A stretch of 64,000 bases of DNA from Octopus sinensis. Its lineage: Eukaryota. Where the stretch lies: assembly GCF_006345805.1 (NCBI RefSeq), contig NC_043000.1, forward strand, positions 91,822,001 through 91,886,000. The letters run 5' to 3'. This document shows positions 12,355-25,436 of the stretch, piece after piece. The notes beneath the pieces are model-generated. The model was not told the DNA's origin, searched no databases, and was given only the letters and a program-made list of their open reading frames with translations. How positions within the stretch are numbered: position 1 is the stretch's first letter; each line of letters begins with the position of its first letter. Both the position numbers and the translations under genes were made by a program.

Positions 12355-12602
12355 TCTATCTGCGACGATGTCATCTCAATTGAAGGAGAGGAGCTTTCTC
12401 CGTCCGGGTTGCGGATCTGTGGAATAAGCTGCCAGACGAGATGGTGAAGATGCCGACGACCGCTCGGTTCAAAATCTCCCTTGACCTCAAGTGGCCTGAA
12501 CTCTTTACATGAACACCACCCTGTACATAACTCCATGTCCCCCTACATGGCCTTGCTTTTTGCTTTTTGAGCCAAAAAAGTAACTAACTTACTAACTAAC
12601 TG
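12355..12602 (+). pseudogene. CR1-clade LINE 3' end
   Basis: Translates to LRRCHLN*RRGAFSVRVADLWNKLPDEMVKMPTTARFKISLDLKWPELFT*, a typical CR1 ORF2 C-terminus, followed by a short UTR and an (ACTA)n tail. Confidence 0.8.
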
Positions 12603-13212
12603 CTCTGACCTGTTTTCTCTCTCGTCCATCTCTAATTCCCTTTTTTCCCCTTCACCATTTTCTATCTGTCTGTCTCTCTCTCTCTCATCCTTTCTCTTTT
12701 TCTCTCTCTCATTGCTCACACATGGCCACCGTCCATCTTTCTTTTCCTCATGTGACCATCTGTTTTTACCTGCACAACATCCTAAGGACTGGACGTCTTC
12801 TCCCTCTCTCTCTTCTATTTGTATCTATCTCTTTCTTGTTTTTCTCTTTTCAAAGAAAATATTTCTTCCAGTGTTCACTGTTTTCCTCTCATTCTGGTCT
12901 AACGACCCTCCATGTTTGTTTTCATTCGGTTTCCTTGCCTGTCTCCACTGTCCTGTTTTTGTTCCCAATTTTGACCCTCCATAAATCCCAAATTTTATTT
13001 TGGTATTTATGGGAGCAACTGTTTTCAAAGACTCATATTGTCATTAATGACACAATGAGAAGTAGATAGACTGCCAACAACTGATGAAGGGTCATTCTCC
13101 ACGTTACTTGTGCTGATTTCCATTTGTTTCTCTCGTTGTTTGCATATTTAACTCGTTTGTTTTTGTACTTCTTGTTGTATACACAGTTGGTGACGTCCTA
13201 TACCCATATATA

Positions 13213-13607
13213 GGCGCAGGAGTGGCTGTGTGGTAAGTAGCTTGTTTACCAACCACATGGTTCCGGGTTCAGTCCCGCTGCATGGCACCTTGGGCAAGTG
13301 TCTTCTACTATAGCCTCGGGCCAACCAAAGCCTTGTGAGTGGATTTGGTAGACGGAAACTGAAAGAAGCCCGTCGTATATATGTATATATATATATATGC
13401 ATGTGTGTGTTTGTCCCCCTAGCATTGCTTGGCAACCGATGCTGGTGTGTTTATGTCCCCGTAACTTAGCGGTTGGGCAAAAGAGACCGATAGAATAAGT
13501 ACTGGGCTTACAAAAGAATAAGTCCCGGGGTCAAGTTGCTCGATTAAAGGTGGTGCTCCAGCATAGCCGCAGTCAAATGACTGAAACAAGCAAAAGAAAG
13601 TAAAGAG
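13213..13607 (+). mobile_element. SINE family A, full length, young (CpGs retained)
   Basis: GGCGCAGGAGTGGCTGTGTGGTAAG...GGTTCAGTCCC...TGACTGAAACAAG. Confidence 0.92.
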
Positions 13608-13847
13608 TATATATGCATATATATATTATTTATATTATTAGGTATGTATATGTGTCTGTGTGTGTGTGTGTGTGTGTACTTTAATGAATGAGTATTCAAC
13701 ACTGCATTGGTGGATAAATATTCTTTATTGTGTTTCTATCCAAGATGGTGATAAATATCAACGTCTTAAGGTATAGTCTTGAATAGTTGCTGATAGATAT
13801 CTTACCCAACATGAAACCAATGGTAGTCTAGTTACCCAACAAATAAA

Positions 13848-13884
<37 letters not shown>

Positions 13885-14303
13885 CATACATGCAAACATA
13901 TGCATGTGTGTGTGTGTGAATGTGTGTGTGTCTAATTTGTAGAATTCAAAACAAATAACCGATATGGTAACCATGAGTATTTATCGGCATGACGTGTATC
14001 TTGGCACCTACCACCATTTCTATAACTGCAAATTAATTTGGTTATCTGTCTTGTCATCATAGATAGGAGTAATAGTAATGGAAGCGAGGAATGAAGAAGG
14101 CTAATCAAAGCTGCTGACAAATTTGGTAGCCTGAGAGGAACAGATAATTAAGATCAATCCTTCTATGCAACACCCTCAAAGTTCTATGCAGACACACTTG
14201 TATATATATATACACATACACACACAGAAAACACACACACACATGCACATTCATAGACACTCATACATTCATATAGATATATGTGTATGTATACAGCTAT
14301 ATA

Positions 14304-14340
<37 letters not shown>

Positions 14341-14553
14341 TTACAGACACACACTTATATATACACACACATATATATAAGTAACTATGTGTGTGTGTGT
14401 GTGTGTGTGTGCATGTTTGTATATACACATACATATTTTTAGATATATACATTTACATATGTATACATGTGTATACATACATAATACATATGTGTATTTA
14501 TGCATATAAATATGTTTGAGCATATGTAAATGTATATATCTAAAAATATGTAT

Positions 14554-14682
<129 letters not shown>

Positions 14683-15201
14683 CGTGTGTGTGTGTGTGTG
14701 TATATATATATATGTATACATATACACATGCTCATACACAGCTTTTTATTATTGTAGTTGTGTGTGTGTTTCTAGGCATCCAATATGAAATTAGTGATGC
14801 AGAAAATTGAGGTAGAACCAAAGCAAAATAGCTGTTAGCATACCATCGACACCTACTATGAAACGCCTACAAGTTTTCATAGATGTGAGTTACCTTATGA
14901 ATTGATTTCATTAAAAGAATAAAATATATTACATGATAAGAGTGAGAGAGTTGAATAGAGAATGTGACAGAGAGAAAATTAAATGGAAAGAGAAAGAGAG
15001 GTGGAGAAGTAGAATGATAAGGTGAAATTAAGAGAAGATAAAGAAAAAAAATATGACACTGGTGTTATGTATGAAGAAGAATTCATAACTCTTCATGTAA
15101 CTGAAGTAGTATATAGCTTGAAGATTATGAGCAAAGCCTGAGGCCCTTCCTGATCATCTTTAATATGTGTATATGTGTATGTAAGTAAGTATGTATGTAT
15201 G

Positions 15202-15266
<65 letters not shown>

Positions 15267-15727
15267 TATATATATATACATACATACATGTATGTATTTA
15301 TATCTACCAATAAACAGAATGTTGAGGCTAAATTTGGCGATTTTTATGTCACCTTTTTTTTTGAGAAATAGCATGAAGTATTAGCGAATAGTCAATGATT
15401 TTGGAGTGTATAAACATTTAAACTGTAGTTGAGAAAAAGTTAGCTGACATGCAGGACTAGAAGTCATATGAATGCTGGAAAAAAGTTATTTGTATTTGTA
15501 TTATGACAATTCATGCCAACTATCAAACTGCTCTGTGAACACTGTAGAGGTTGTAAGACGTGACATGGACTGAAGCAATGGACTCTATGAAACTGTGGCC
15601 AGCAGGAAGGGTCACAATAGGCATTCTGGTTGTTGACATGTCAGGATTCTTTCACCCTCACATCTCTGAACAAGGCCTTAGACTCATTTTACATGACTAT
15701 GTGAAGCTCCTGAGGACTGACACAGTC

Positions 15728-16113
15728 CAACTACAAATGGAAGCTCCCAAAAATACCACACTTACAGGATTCTTCAAGCTATCTCAAGATGAATTTGCTA
15801 CAAGACTGCTATACAATGAAGTTCCACAATTCTATACCTGGTACCAAAACAAATGGAAAAGACGTGCACTTGGAGCACCCACACACATTCTGGGAATCAA
15901 GTAATCAGACAGATTTGGTTGAGTCTTTGTTATCCATTCCAACTACTCAGAGTGCTACTATCTAAGGCTTCTATTACACCATGTCAAGGGACCCACATCA
16001 TTTACAACCTTACATATGTTTGACGACACAGTATGTCTAACATATCACCAGGCTTGCCATCTCACAGATCTTCTAGAAGATGATTCACACTGGGATTCCA
16101 CTCTGACAGAGGC
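15728..16113 (+). pseudogene. Helitron Rep/helicase fragment
   Basis: NTTLTGFFKLSQDEFATRLLYNEVPQFYTW...KWKRR...ECYYLRLLLHHVKGPTSF...VCLTYHQAC...LLEDDSHWDSTLTEA, with stops and frameshifts. Confidence 0.85.
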
Positions 16114-16468
16114 ACAAAACATAACGGCAGACGAAATACTGCTAAGCATTTCGTCCGGCGTGCTAACATTTCTGCCAGCTCACCGTATATATGTATATAT
16201 ATATATCTTGTCAATTCAAACATTAAAATTTATTAACATGATATTATATTATGTTAATAAATTTTAATTTTTGAGTTGACAATTGTATATGTCCATTTTC
16301 TATTCATTTTTATAAATTTAATATATACCCATGTGAATTGTAAGGCTTTTCTCTACAAAATTGAGTGTTAACAGTGGAGCCAGTGAAAGACTGGATGTTT
16401 TCATCTTTATTTTCCTTGCATTAGATTTAATTTGAAATACACACACACCACACACAAACATATACATA

Positions 16469-16632
16469 GGTGCAGGAGTGGCTGTATTGTAAGAAGCTTA
16501 CTTCCCAAGCACACGGTTCTGGGTTCAGTCCCACTGCAAGGCACCTTGGGCAAGTGTCTTCTACTATAGCTTTGGCTTGACCAAAGTCTTGTGAGTGGAG
16601 TTGGTAGACAGAAACTGAATGGAGCCCATCAT
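16469..16632 (+). mobile_element. SINE family A, 5' half; another at 57250-57385
   Basis: GGTGCAGGAGTGGCTG...AGAAACTGAA. Confidence 0.8.
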
Positions 16633-19061
16633 ATATATATATATATGTATATGTGTATATATATACATAAATCTGGCAATCAGTTGGTTACAACGATGAG
16701 TTTTCCTGTTGATTCAATCAATGAAATTAACATGCAAGTGGATGAAAACTACACAGACATGCCCACCCTTAATGTAGTTCTCAGGGAAATTTGCCAGCTA
16801 AGTTGACTGGAGCAACATGAAATAAAGTGTCTTGCTCTTGGACACATTATGTCTCTGTGAATTGGACTCATGACTTTACTCTCATGAGCTGAATATCTTT
16901 GCCACTAACGCCATGTGCCTTCCTTTGTGTGTGTGTAGTTAGATACATGGATGCATAGGCTAGAAGATATAGATATATACTTATTAACACACACACACAA
17001 ATGCACATGTTGATCAAAATATCACAGAATATCATCCTAATATATAGAAATTAGTACCAAAGTCATGTGGGGGATTTTTTGCCCAAGTTTCTGAAGTGTA
17101 TATATTCCTTTCCGAAAATATAACAGGTAACTCTTATTTCGCCCATTGTATTTTGATATTTCATTATTGAAATTAATAGTTATTAATATTTCATTGTCAT
17201 TCTGTTCAGCTATTCAGGAATCTGCATTGTGGATGTAGTAAATATAGTACAAGTTAATCTAACTAATATAGGGAATATATTTTTCAGTTTAATGTTTGTT
17301 TCACAAGAATTTTCATCTGATGTCATGTGTTGAGACTAATATTGTTATATTTTAGAAGAATCGTTTATGATTTATAGAGACTATAAACATACTCATCGGT
17401 TGTTTCATGTTTATATTTACCTTTTATTTTCAAAGCAAAAATCAGTTGTAAACTGAAAAACGAAGTATTCAAAAATAAAACATGTATACCCATGAAGAAA
17501 CCTACAGATTGGTATAATAAGACCTATTTTAGGAAACATAAACAAGCATCAATTGTTTCGTAAAGGGAAGAGAAGTGAAATATAGACAAGCAACAACTGA
17601 TGAGTGTGATTATGGGTTTTACCAGTTACGACTCTTCCCAAATATAATAATATATTTTTTATTTTATATTTACTCTGTTTATTTTATTTTTAACCATTCT
17701 GAATCCTTTCTTCTAAAACATGAAGATTAAATGTTTTGTGGGTTAAATGCTTCTGCAATTTCAGATATGCGCTTGAAACTTTTTTTTCCTAATAAAGGAT
17801 TATAAACTTGAAACTACTTTAAACTAACTCAGTCACCACTTGTAATTGGACATGAATAAGTAAAAGTATGCACCATACCATTAAACCTGTTTTTGGTACC
17901 TCTCTAGCTGTAAACCAGCATAAATACATCCTTGACACTGTAGAACTTCGATGATGTGGCAGCTAGTGGGATATGATACTGCATTTCCAAATTTTGGCTG
18001 GTAGTTGGTGTTTTATTTTATCATCTCTTCAAAGGTATCAAGCAAAGTAGCATTTTTATAATACATTCAGGCAGGAGCCAACATCTTTTGCATATTAACT
18101 TGATTTGCTGGTGAAAGCAGCCAAAATCACTATCAAATCACACCCTGTTATTCATAAAAGAAAAGTGACAATAGTTAGTGTAATCTTGGCATTCTGCTGG
18201 TAATGACATTAAGGGTTCCAGTTGATCCAACCAATGGAACAGCCTGCTCATGAAATTAATCTGCAAGTGGATCAGGGAGATTCAACATGACACAGAGTGT
18301 GACAAGGCTGGCCCTTTGAAATACGGGTACTACTCATTTTTGCCAGCTGAGTGGACTAGAGCAATATGAAATAAAGTGTCTTGCTCAAGGATACAATGCG
18401 TTGCTGGGAATTGAACTCATGACCTCATGATCATGAGCTGAATACCTTAAACACTAAGCAATGCACCTTCACTAGAGTAATCCTAGATACACTATAACTA
18501 GAAAGAGATATCATGTCCTTCATATGACTAAACAAATTACACTACACCAACTCTCTGGTTTCTCATACACTCCGAGAGAGAGAGAGAGAGAGAGAGGAGG
18601 AGAGAAGGAGAGAGAAATGTGAGTGAGTGAAGCATGACTAATAGGGATGAGAGGGGTATGAGATAGTGGGATGAATGACAGGAATACCCAGTACTCTGAG
18701 ATACATACGAATATTCAAGGTAATATGACTGAAATGGTAAGGAGGTGACAGGATTTTTTTAAGTGACCCCTAGATATAGAATGATGACAAGAAGATGATA
18801 GAAGCCCAGGATGTGTGGGAGAAAAGGAATGAGAGTATGCTGGCAGACAGAATGGCATGACATGGTTACATCAACCCCTGTGCTTAACTGGTATTTATTT
18901 TATCAATGCAAAAAAAAAAAAAAATTAAGGCAAAGTTGACTGCTATGTGATTTGAACTCAGAAATTAGAGAGATGATAGAATTACTGCTAAGCATATTGT
19001 CTGATGCACAAATGATTCCGCCAGTTCATCATCTTTAATAATAATAATAATAATAATAATT

Positions 19062-19140
19062 TACCATCCCTGCAAGAAGTGCAAAAGATTGTCTTAACTG
19101 GTACATCACACGTATTGAGAAGAGCATTGTCGATGTGAGA
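19062..19140 (+). pseudogene. RLE-LINE (R4/Dong-like) extreme C-terminus
   Basis: PSLQEVQKIVLTGTSHVLRRALSM*, directly after an (AAT)n tract. Confidence 0.55.
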
Positions 19141-19380
19141 ACTGTTGCTGCTCATGTATTTTAATTTAACTTTAAAAAAAAAAAAAAAAAAATATGAACG
19201 AACTACTGAGTTTGGTTTAATGGCCTACCAATATATACTATGAGTTTCTTTGCCCTAGGAGTCGGGAAGACACTCGGCAAGAAATGGAAGAAAATTTGAA
19301 AGAAGAAAAAAAAAAAAAATAAAAAAATAATAATAATAATAATAATAATAATATTCTTTGATAATAATAAAATTTGCCCC

Positions 19381-19792
19381 TTTACTCTTTTACTCTTTTA
19401 CTTGTTTCAGTCATTTGACTGTGGCCATGCTGGAGCACCACCTTTAGTCGAGCAAATCGACCCCAGGACATATTCTTTGTAAGCCTAGTACTTATTCTAT
19501 CGGTGTCTTTTGCTGAACCACTAAGTTACGGGGACATAAACACACCAGCATCGGTTGTCAAGCGATGTTGGGGGGACAAACACAGGTGCACAAACACATA
19601 CACACATACATACATACATATATACATATATACGACGGGTTTCTTTCAGTTTCCGTCTACGAAATCCACTCACAAGGCATTGGTTGGCCCAAGGCTATAG
19701 TAGAAGACACTTGCCCAAGGTGCCATGCAGTGGGACTGAACCCGGAACCATGTGGTTCATAAGCAAGCTACTTACCACAGAGCCACTCCTAC
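19381..19792 (-). mobile_element. SINE family A, full length
   Basis: Reverse complement of the family A sequence. Confidence 0.9.
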
Positions 19793-19964
19793 GCTCCTTT
19801 GTTTACTTTATTTCTGTATTTGTTATTTTTTCCTTTTTCTCTCTGTCATTCTTCCTCATTTTTGTTTACTATCACATGACTTTATGTTTATTTCAATGGC
19901 CTATCAATGTAACAAGAAATGGAAACAGAATTGAAACATGATGATGATAACAATAACCACAATA

Positions 19965-21015
19965 ACAAATGCTTCTGATCTTAAATGATTGGAAGTGTTA
20001 TCATGTACATTGTTTTGTATTGGCATAAAAGATGGGCTACAGCAAATATTCTGCTCAATACCACAGACATGCTTGTCAGTTGTTTGACCATAACCAGTTG
20101 ATCATGTCCCTTAGTGGCTGACGATATGTGCATCTCTGATCACGAGCAGAAGTAGTAGGGGAGCATCATAGTCATGTGTTGAGAGGGATTCTTTGGGGTT
20201 TGAATAATTTACCTCTGGAAACGTGGGTGTTTCATTCAATATCCTTAATCAATCCTTATTCAGGGACAATTTGAGTCAGATGGGCTACTCACCCCGAAGA
20301 AAATTCTAACTGGACTCCATCTGCAAAGTCATGCATTGTTAATCTTGATATGAGATCACCATGTCATGCACATATGGTTGTGATTCATATGTCTAGTGTA
20401 CCCTTATCAGACGGGTAATCATGATGGGTATACTGGGCTTCGTATATTTTACCCAAGTGACACTTTGATGGTATGCACTGCTCTCTCACTCAATAATAAT
20501 AATAATAAAAGCCTTTATGCAGCACCAGGTAGTGGCTCTCATGATGTCTGGTCAAAACTGATTGGAAGTGTTATCATATAAATTGTTTTGTCTTAGTATA
20601 AAAGATGGACTACAGCAAATATTGTACTCAGTACCACAGATTTGCTTGTCACTTGTTTGACCATAACTGGTTGAGCATGACCCTTAGTGGCTGATGATAT
20701 GTGCATCTCTGATCATGATCAAAAGTAGTGGAGGAGTATCGTAGCCATGTGTTGAGAGGAATTCTTTAGGGTTTGGAAACATGGATGTTTCAATCTACAT
20801 CCTCAAACAACCCTTATTCAGTGACCTTTTGAGTGGAATAGGCTTCACCTGCAACTCCATGCACTGTTTACCTTGATATCACTATGTTCCACATGTATGG
20901 TTGTGATGCATGTGCCTGGTGTACCCTTATCAGACGAGTAGTCATGATGGGTACATTGAGCATCATATATTTCATTCCAGTGTCCCTTTGATGGCAGTCA
21001 CGGCTTTCTCACTCA
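19965..21015 (+). repeat. Two tandem copies (~540 and ~495 bp) of an (AAT)n-tailed retroposon 3' segment; also at 21497-21560 and 57905-58320
   Basis: Both copies run GATTGGAAGTGTTATCAT...G(G/A)CTACAGCAAATATT...TACCCTTATCAGAC...CTCTCACTCAATAA. Confidence 0.85.
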
Positions 21016-21299
21016 ATAACAGCAATAACAACAACAACAACACTGACCAACGAAAAAATATGTTTGTCTGGTGCCTGGAATATTTCAACGAATTCTTAAG
21101 TGATTTTGCCTGCTAAATTAAAAAAATAACTTCAGATTTTCTCTATCAGGTTTAGTTTCCTGACTAGACATGACAGAGTAAGTATTTTATTCATACAAGA
21201 GGCATATAATATTAACAAAACACAAAAAAAAAAAAACAAAGCACAAATACAAATTTAAATTTGAAAATGTATATTGGCAAAGATTTTTGGCAGAAAATT

Positions 21300-21495
21300 C
21301 AAAGAATAAATTTATGCTTCTTTGTGTACACTGTGAATGTTGAGTGACAGGAGTATCTTGTTTTAAACACCAGCAATAGTCTGCCATCATCACAGCATCC
21401 TTGGTACTGAGTTTCCATCTCCTTGATATCTTGATGGAATCATTCACTTTGTTCATCGCTAACATCTCTGAGATTTTCAGGAAAACAATAAACAT
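21300..21495 (-). pseudogene. DNA transposase C-terminal fragment, probably CMC/Chapaev-3-like
   Basis: FPENLRDVSDEQSE*FHQDIKEMETQYQG, then by frameshift MMADYCWCLKQD; resembles the SDE.GERFHQDI..ME.RYQG...DYCW motif (family assignment from memory). Confidence 0.6.
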
Positions 21496-21557
21496 GACTG
21501 GGCTTCATATATTTCTCCCCAGTGTCACTTTGATGGCATGCACTGCTCTCTCATTCA

Positions 21558-21588
<31 letters not shown>

Positions 21589-21774
21589 TGATAATAATAA
21601 TAATAACAACGACAACAACAATACCAACAACAACAACAATGATAATAACAACAACAACAACAATAATAATGAGGGAAAAAGGTAAAGACAAGATCCACAT
21701 TTGAACATAGTTAAGTAAAATGATCTGAAAGGATGCCCTGATGCTAAGAAAAATGATCTGAAAGGATGCCCTGA

Positions 21775-22260
21775 GGCATTAACATACAGTGCTCAAGAAC
21801 AATCTCTGACAGCTAATTACACCAAGTTCCAAATAGAGGAGAGTAGTGAGTCACCCCTTTGTAGGATGTGTGTCAGCAGAAATGAAAGAATCTCACATAT
21901 TGTGAGTGAGTATAGCAATCTAACCCAAAAGCACTACAAAAGGAGGCACGGTAACATGGCTAAGTTCATCTACTGGAGCTTATGTGGAAAGCACAGCCTG
22001 GACAGAGCATGGAAATGGTATGAACATGAACAAAAAGAAGTCACTGAGAACAAGGAATATAAGATACTGCTGGCTTTTATAATCAAATGTGACTCCCCAA
22101 TCAAGGCTCAGAAACCAGATATTGTTGTGGTAGATAAAGAAGATAGGAAACCATGATTGTAGATATTGCAATACGTGGGGATGCACACATAAGTGACAAA
22201 GAACTAGAAAAGATTGAAAAATACCGACTGCTAAAAGACGAAATTGAAAAAATGTGGACT
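21775..22260 (+). pseudogene. R4/Dong-type non-LTR retrotransposon: CCHC knuckle and restriction-like endonuclease fragment
   Basis: AQEQSL.ANYTK...SPLCRMC...ERISHIVSE...YKRRH...WKWYEH...KPDIVVVD...IVDIAI.GD...KELEKIEKY..LKDEIEKMW. Confidence 0.88.
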
Positions 22261-24186
22261 ATTTGAACTGGTACTCATCTAATTGACCATGAAAGAGTGA
22301 ATGGCAAAGTCAACCTTGCTGGAATTTGAACTCAGAACGTAAGAATGGATAAAATACCACAAAGCATTTCACCCAGTGTGCTAACAATTGTGCTAGCTCA
22401 CTGTATTGATAATAATAATAATGATAATAATGATAATAATGATAACGGTTTCAAATCATGTAACAAGGCTAGCAATCTAAAGGTTGAAAGGGTTCGTGGG
22501 TTGCTCAATTACATTAACTGTGGGACTTTACTGGTACTTTATTCTACTGACCCTGAACAGATGAAAGGCAACGTTACTTAAGAAGAATTTGAGCTAAACA
22601 TTTAAAGGAGCCAAAACAAATTCTACTAAGCATTTTGTCTGATATGCTAACGATTCTGTCAGATTACTGCCTTCGAGAACAACAACAATAACAATATAAA
22701 CAACAACCACTATAATAATGGTTTAAAATTTTGGCACAAGGCAAGCCATTTAGTGGAGGTGTGTGTGTGTGTGGTGGGGGAGGCAAGTTGATTCCTCGAC
22801 CCCATTGCATCACCCCAAAAAGGTAAAAGGCAAAGATGCTTATGGTGGAATTGAACTTAGAACATAGAGACGAATGAAATGCTGCTAAACATTTGGTCTG
22901 ATATTGGAAGCACATCGCTTAGTGGCAAGGGTGCTGGATTAATGATCATAGGATTGTGGTTTCTAATCTTGGGTCAGGTAGTGCATTTTGTTCATGAGCA
23001 AAACACTTTATTTTACATTGCTGTTGTTCACTTAGCTGGCAAAATGAGTAACTTTGTAAAGGACCAGCATCCTGTCCAGTGGGGAATATATCCACCCCAG
23101 AAACTGGGAAACTGGCTGTATGAGTTGAGAAGGATCTTTTTTCTTTTTATTTTGTCTGATATTCTAATGAATTTGTCAGCTCACCACCACCACCACACCA
23201 CCACCACCACCATCACCACCACCACCGCCACAACCGCTACCACCACCACCATTAGTAATTACCCTTTCCACAATAGGTGCAAGGCCTGAAATTTAGGGGA
23301 AGGGACTAGTCGATTAAATTGACCCCAGTGTTTCACTAGTAGCTAATTTGTCAACCCCAAAAGGATGAAAGGTAAAGTTGACCTCAGTGGAATTTGAACT
23401 CAGAACGTAAAGACTGACAAAATGCCGGTAAGCATTTTATCCAGTGTGCTAATGATTCTGTCAGCTCACCACCTTATCAGCAAAAATAACAACGATAATT
23501 TCTTAATTTTATTAATATGATTAGATAAGCATAATGTGCTATCAAACAAATATTACATAGAAATTGCCTGGGAATTGTTTGGGAATAGATAGTAAAATAT
23601 AGTGAAAGCACAATAGTATCTATTGTTTGGAAGTTGTAGAATATGGTTAAAGAATTATAGTATTTATTGCATCTTTCATGCTGCAAATATCAAAGATTCT
23701 TTAGGCAATTAGCTGGAACGAAGATATTTCTTTTCTTGAGGTGATTACAACCATGTGGTCATCATTTAAAATGAAAAGATAGAAGGCTAAATAGCCATAT
23801 ATGTGAACAGTATGAGCAAACTGGGTGGTATCAGATTTGCGATGATAGTAGAGGAGAATATGATTGTGGCAAACAGCCAGCATAGTTTCAAGTGAGGTGT
23901 GAAATGATTGGATGTTTACCAGAAGCAAAGCCATGTTAGGTATATAGCTGTGAACAGCTATAAGAGAGAAAGAGAGGAAGAGAAAGAAAGAGAGAGAGAG
24001 AGAGAGAGAGATAGAGAGAGAAAAGAAGAAAGCTAGAGAGAGCTACAAAACCTAATCTGTTGAATAAGATGTGAAAAAGATTATTAAGTCTTTTTAACCT
24101 TGGGAGTAAAAGAACAAAACTAAAACAAAAATTAATATTGCAAATGCATAACAATAATAATAATGATGATAATGATAATAATAATG

Positions 24187-24226
<40 letters not shown>

Positions 24227-24967
24227 GGATGATGATGAGGATGATGATGAGGATGATGGTCAAAAGAGAAATTCATTGAGAATTCTAATAAACTGAAGAG
24301 AATATAAACACAACACAGATAGATCTGAAGAGAAAAATAAGCTAAATGAGAAAGATATCGACTTGGAACAAAAGAAATAAACAATGAAATACTGACATGT
24401 TTATTAAATTTCTGTAAGCTGGGTAAAATAAAGAACAATATTTTAAGAGAATCCTGCAATTAAATACACATACGATAAAAATATTTAAAAGAAGCTTTAA
24501 AAAGAATTTTTCAAAAAACGGAATTCATTGCAAGTCAAAATAGCATTAAAAGTGTGTGATTTACAAAAGATTAGTGTGTAAAAGTAAGAGGGCTACAGAG
24601 AAAAAAATAATTACAGAGATTTATAGAGAAGCATGTTGTTACATTGATAGAAATTTAAAGAAGAAAGGACGGATATAGAGGGAAAAAATATAAAACCCGA
24701 AAGATAAAAGACTCGTTTAATAGCTCGGTGTATATAATTCTATACCTGCACAAACAAACATACACAACATTGAAAGAAACATACACACATATGCACACAC
24801 ACACACACATACACACACACGCACACACGTAGGGTATCCATCCATAGAAAATTTGCATCGACAATTCTGTGTGATCCGTAGAAGAATGGAAGAGTAGATA
24901 GTGTTAACTGATGATGATGATAGATGTCATATATATATATTATTTATTTATACATATTACCAATATA

Positions 24968-25012
<45 letters not shown>

Positions 25013-25057
25013 GTATATATATATGTATATATGTATATATATATATGTATATATATC

Positions 25058-25119
<62 letters not shown>

Positions 25120-25436
25120 TATATGTATATATGTATATATATATATATATACATATTATATTGGTAATATATATAAATAAATATATATATATATGGACAC
25201 AAGCGCTAATATATGATTCATAAAAGCATGTGACATATTAATAAATATCTGTAAATATAAAACCATCCAGATTTCTGAGAACCTCATTTCTTCTAATATA
25301 TAATACCTGTACATCATCTCCAAACCTTCTAATATATATATATATATATATTATATATATTATATATATATATATTATATATATATATATTATATATATA
25401 TATATATTATATATATTATATATATATATATACTAG

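Noticed and set aside
13070-13110. CTGATGAAGG hammerhead half; also CTGATGAG at ~17598
   Set aside because: No stem II or GAAA follows; at most decayed LTR remnants
15560-15727. N-terminal part of ORF 15560..15904 as a host gene
   Set aside because: Only the 3' part matches Helitron; the rest has no recognisable motif or splice support
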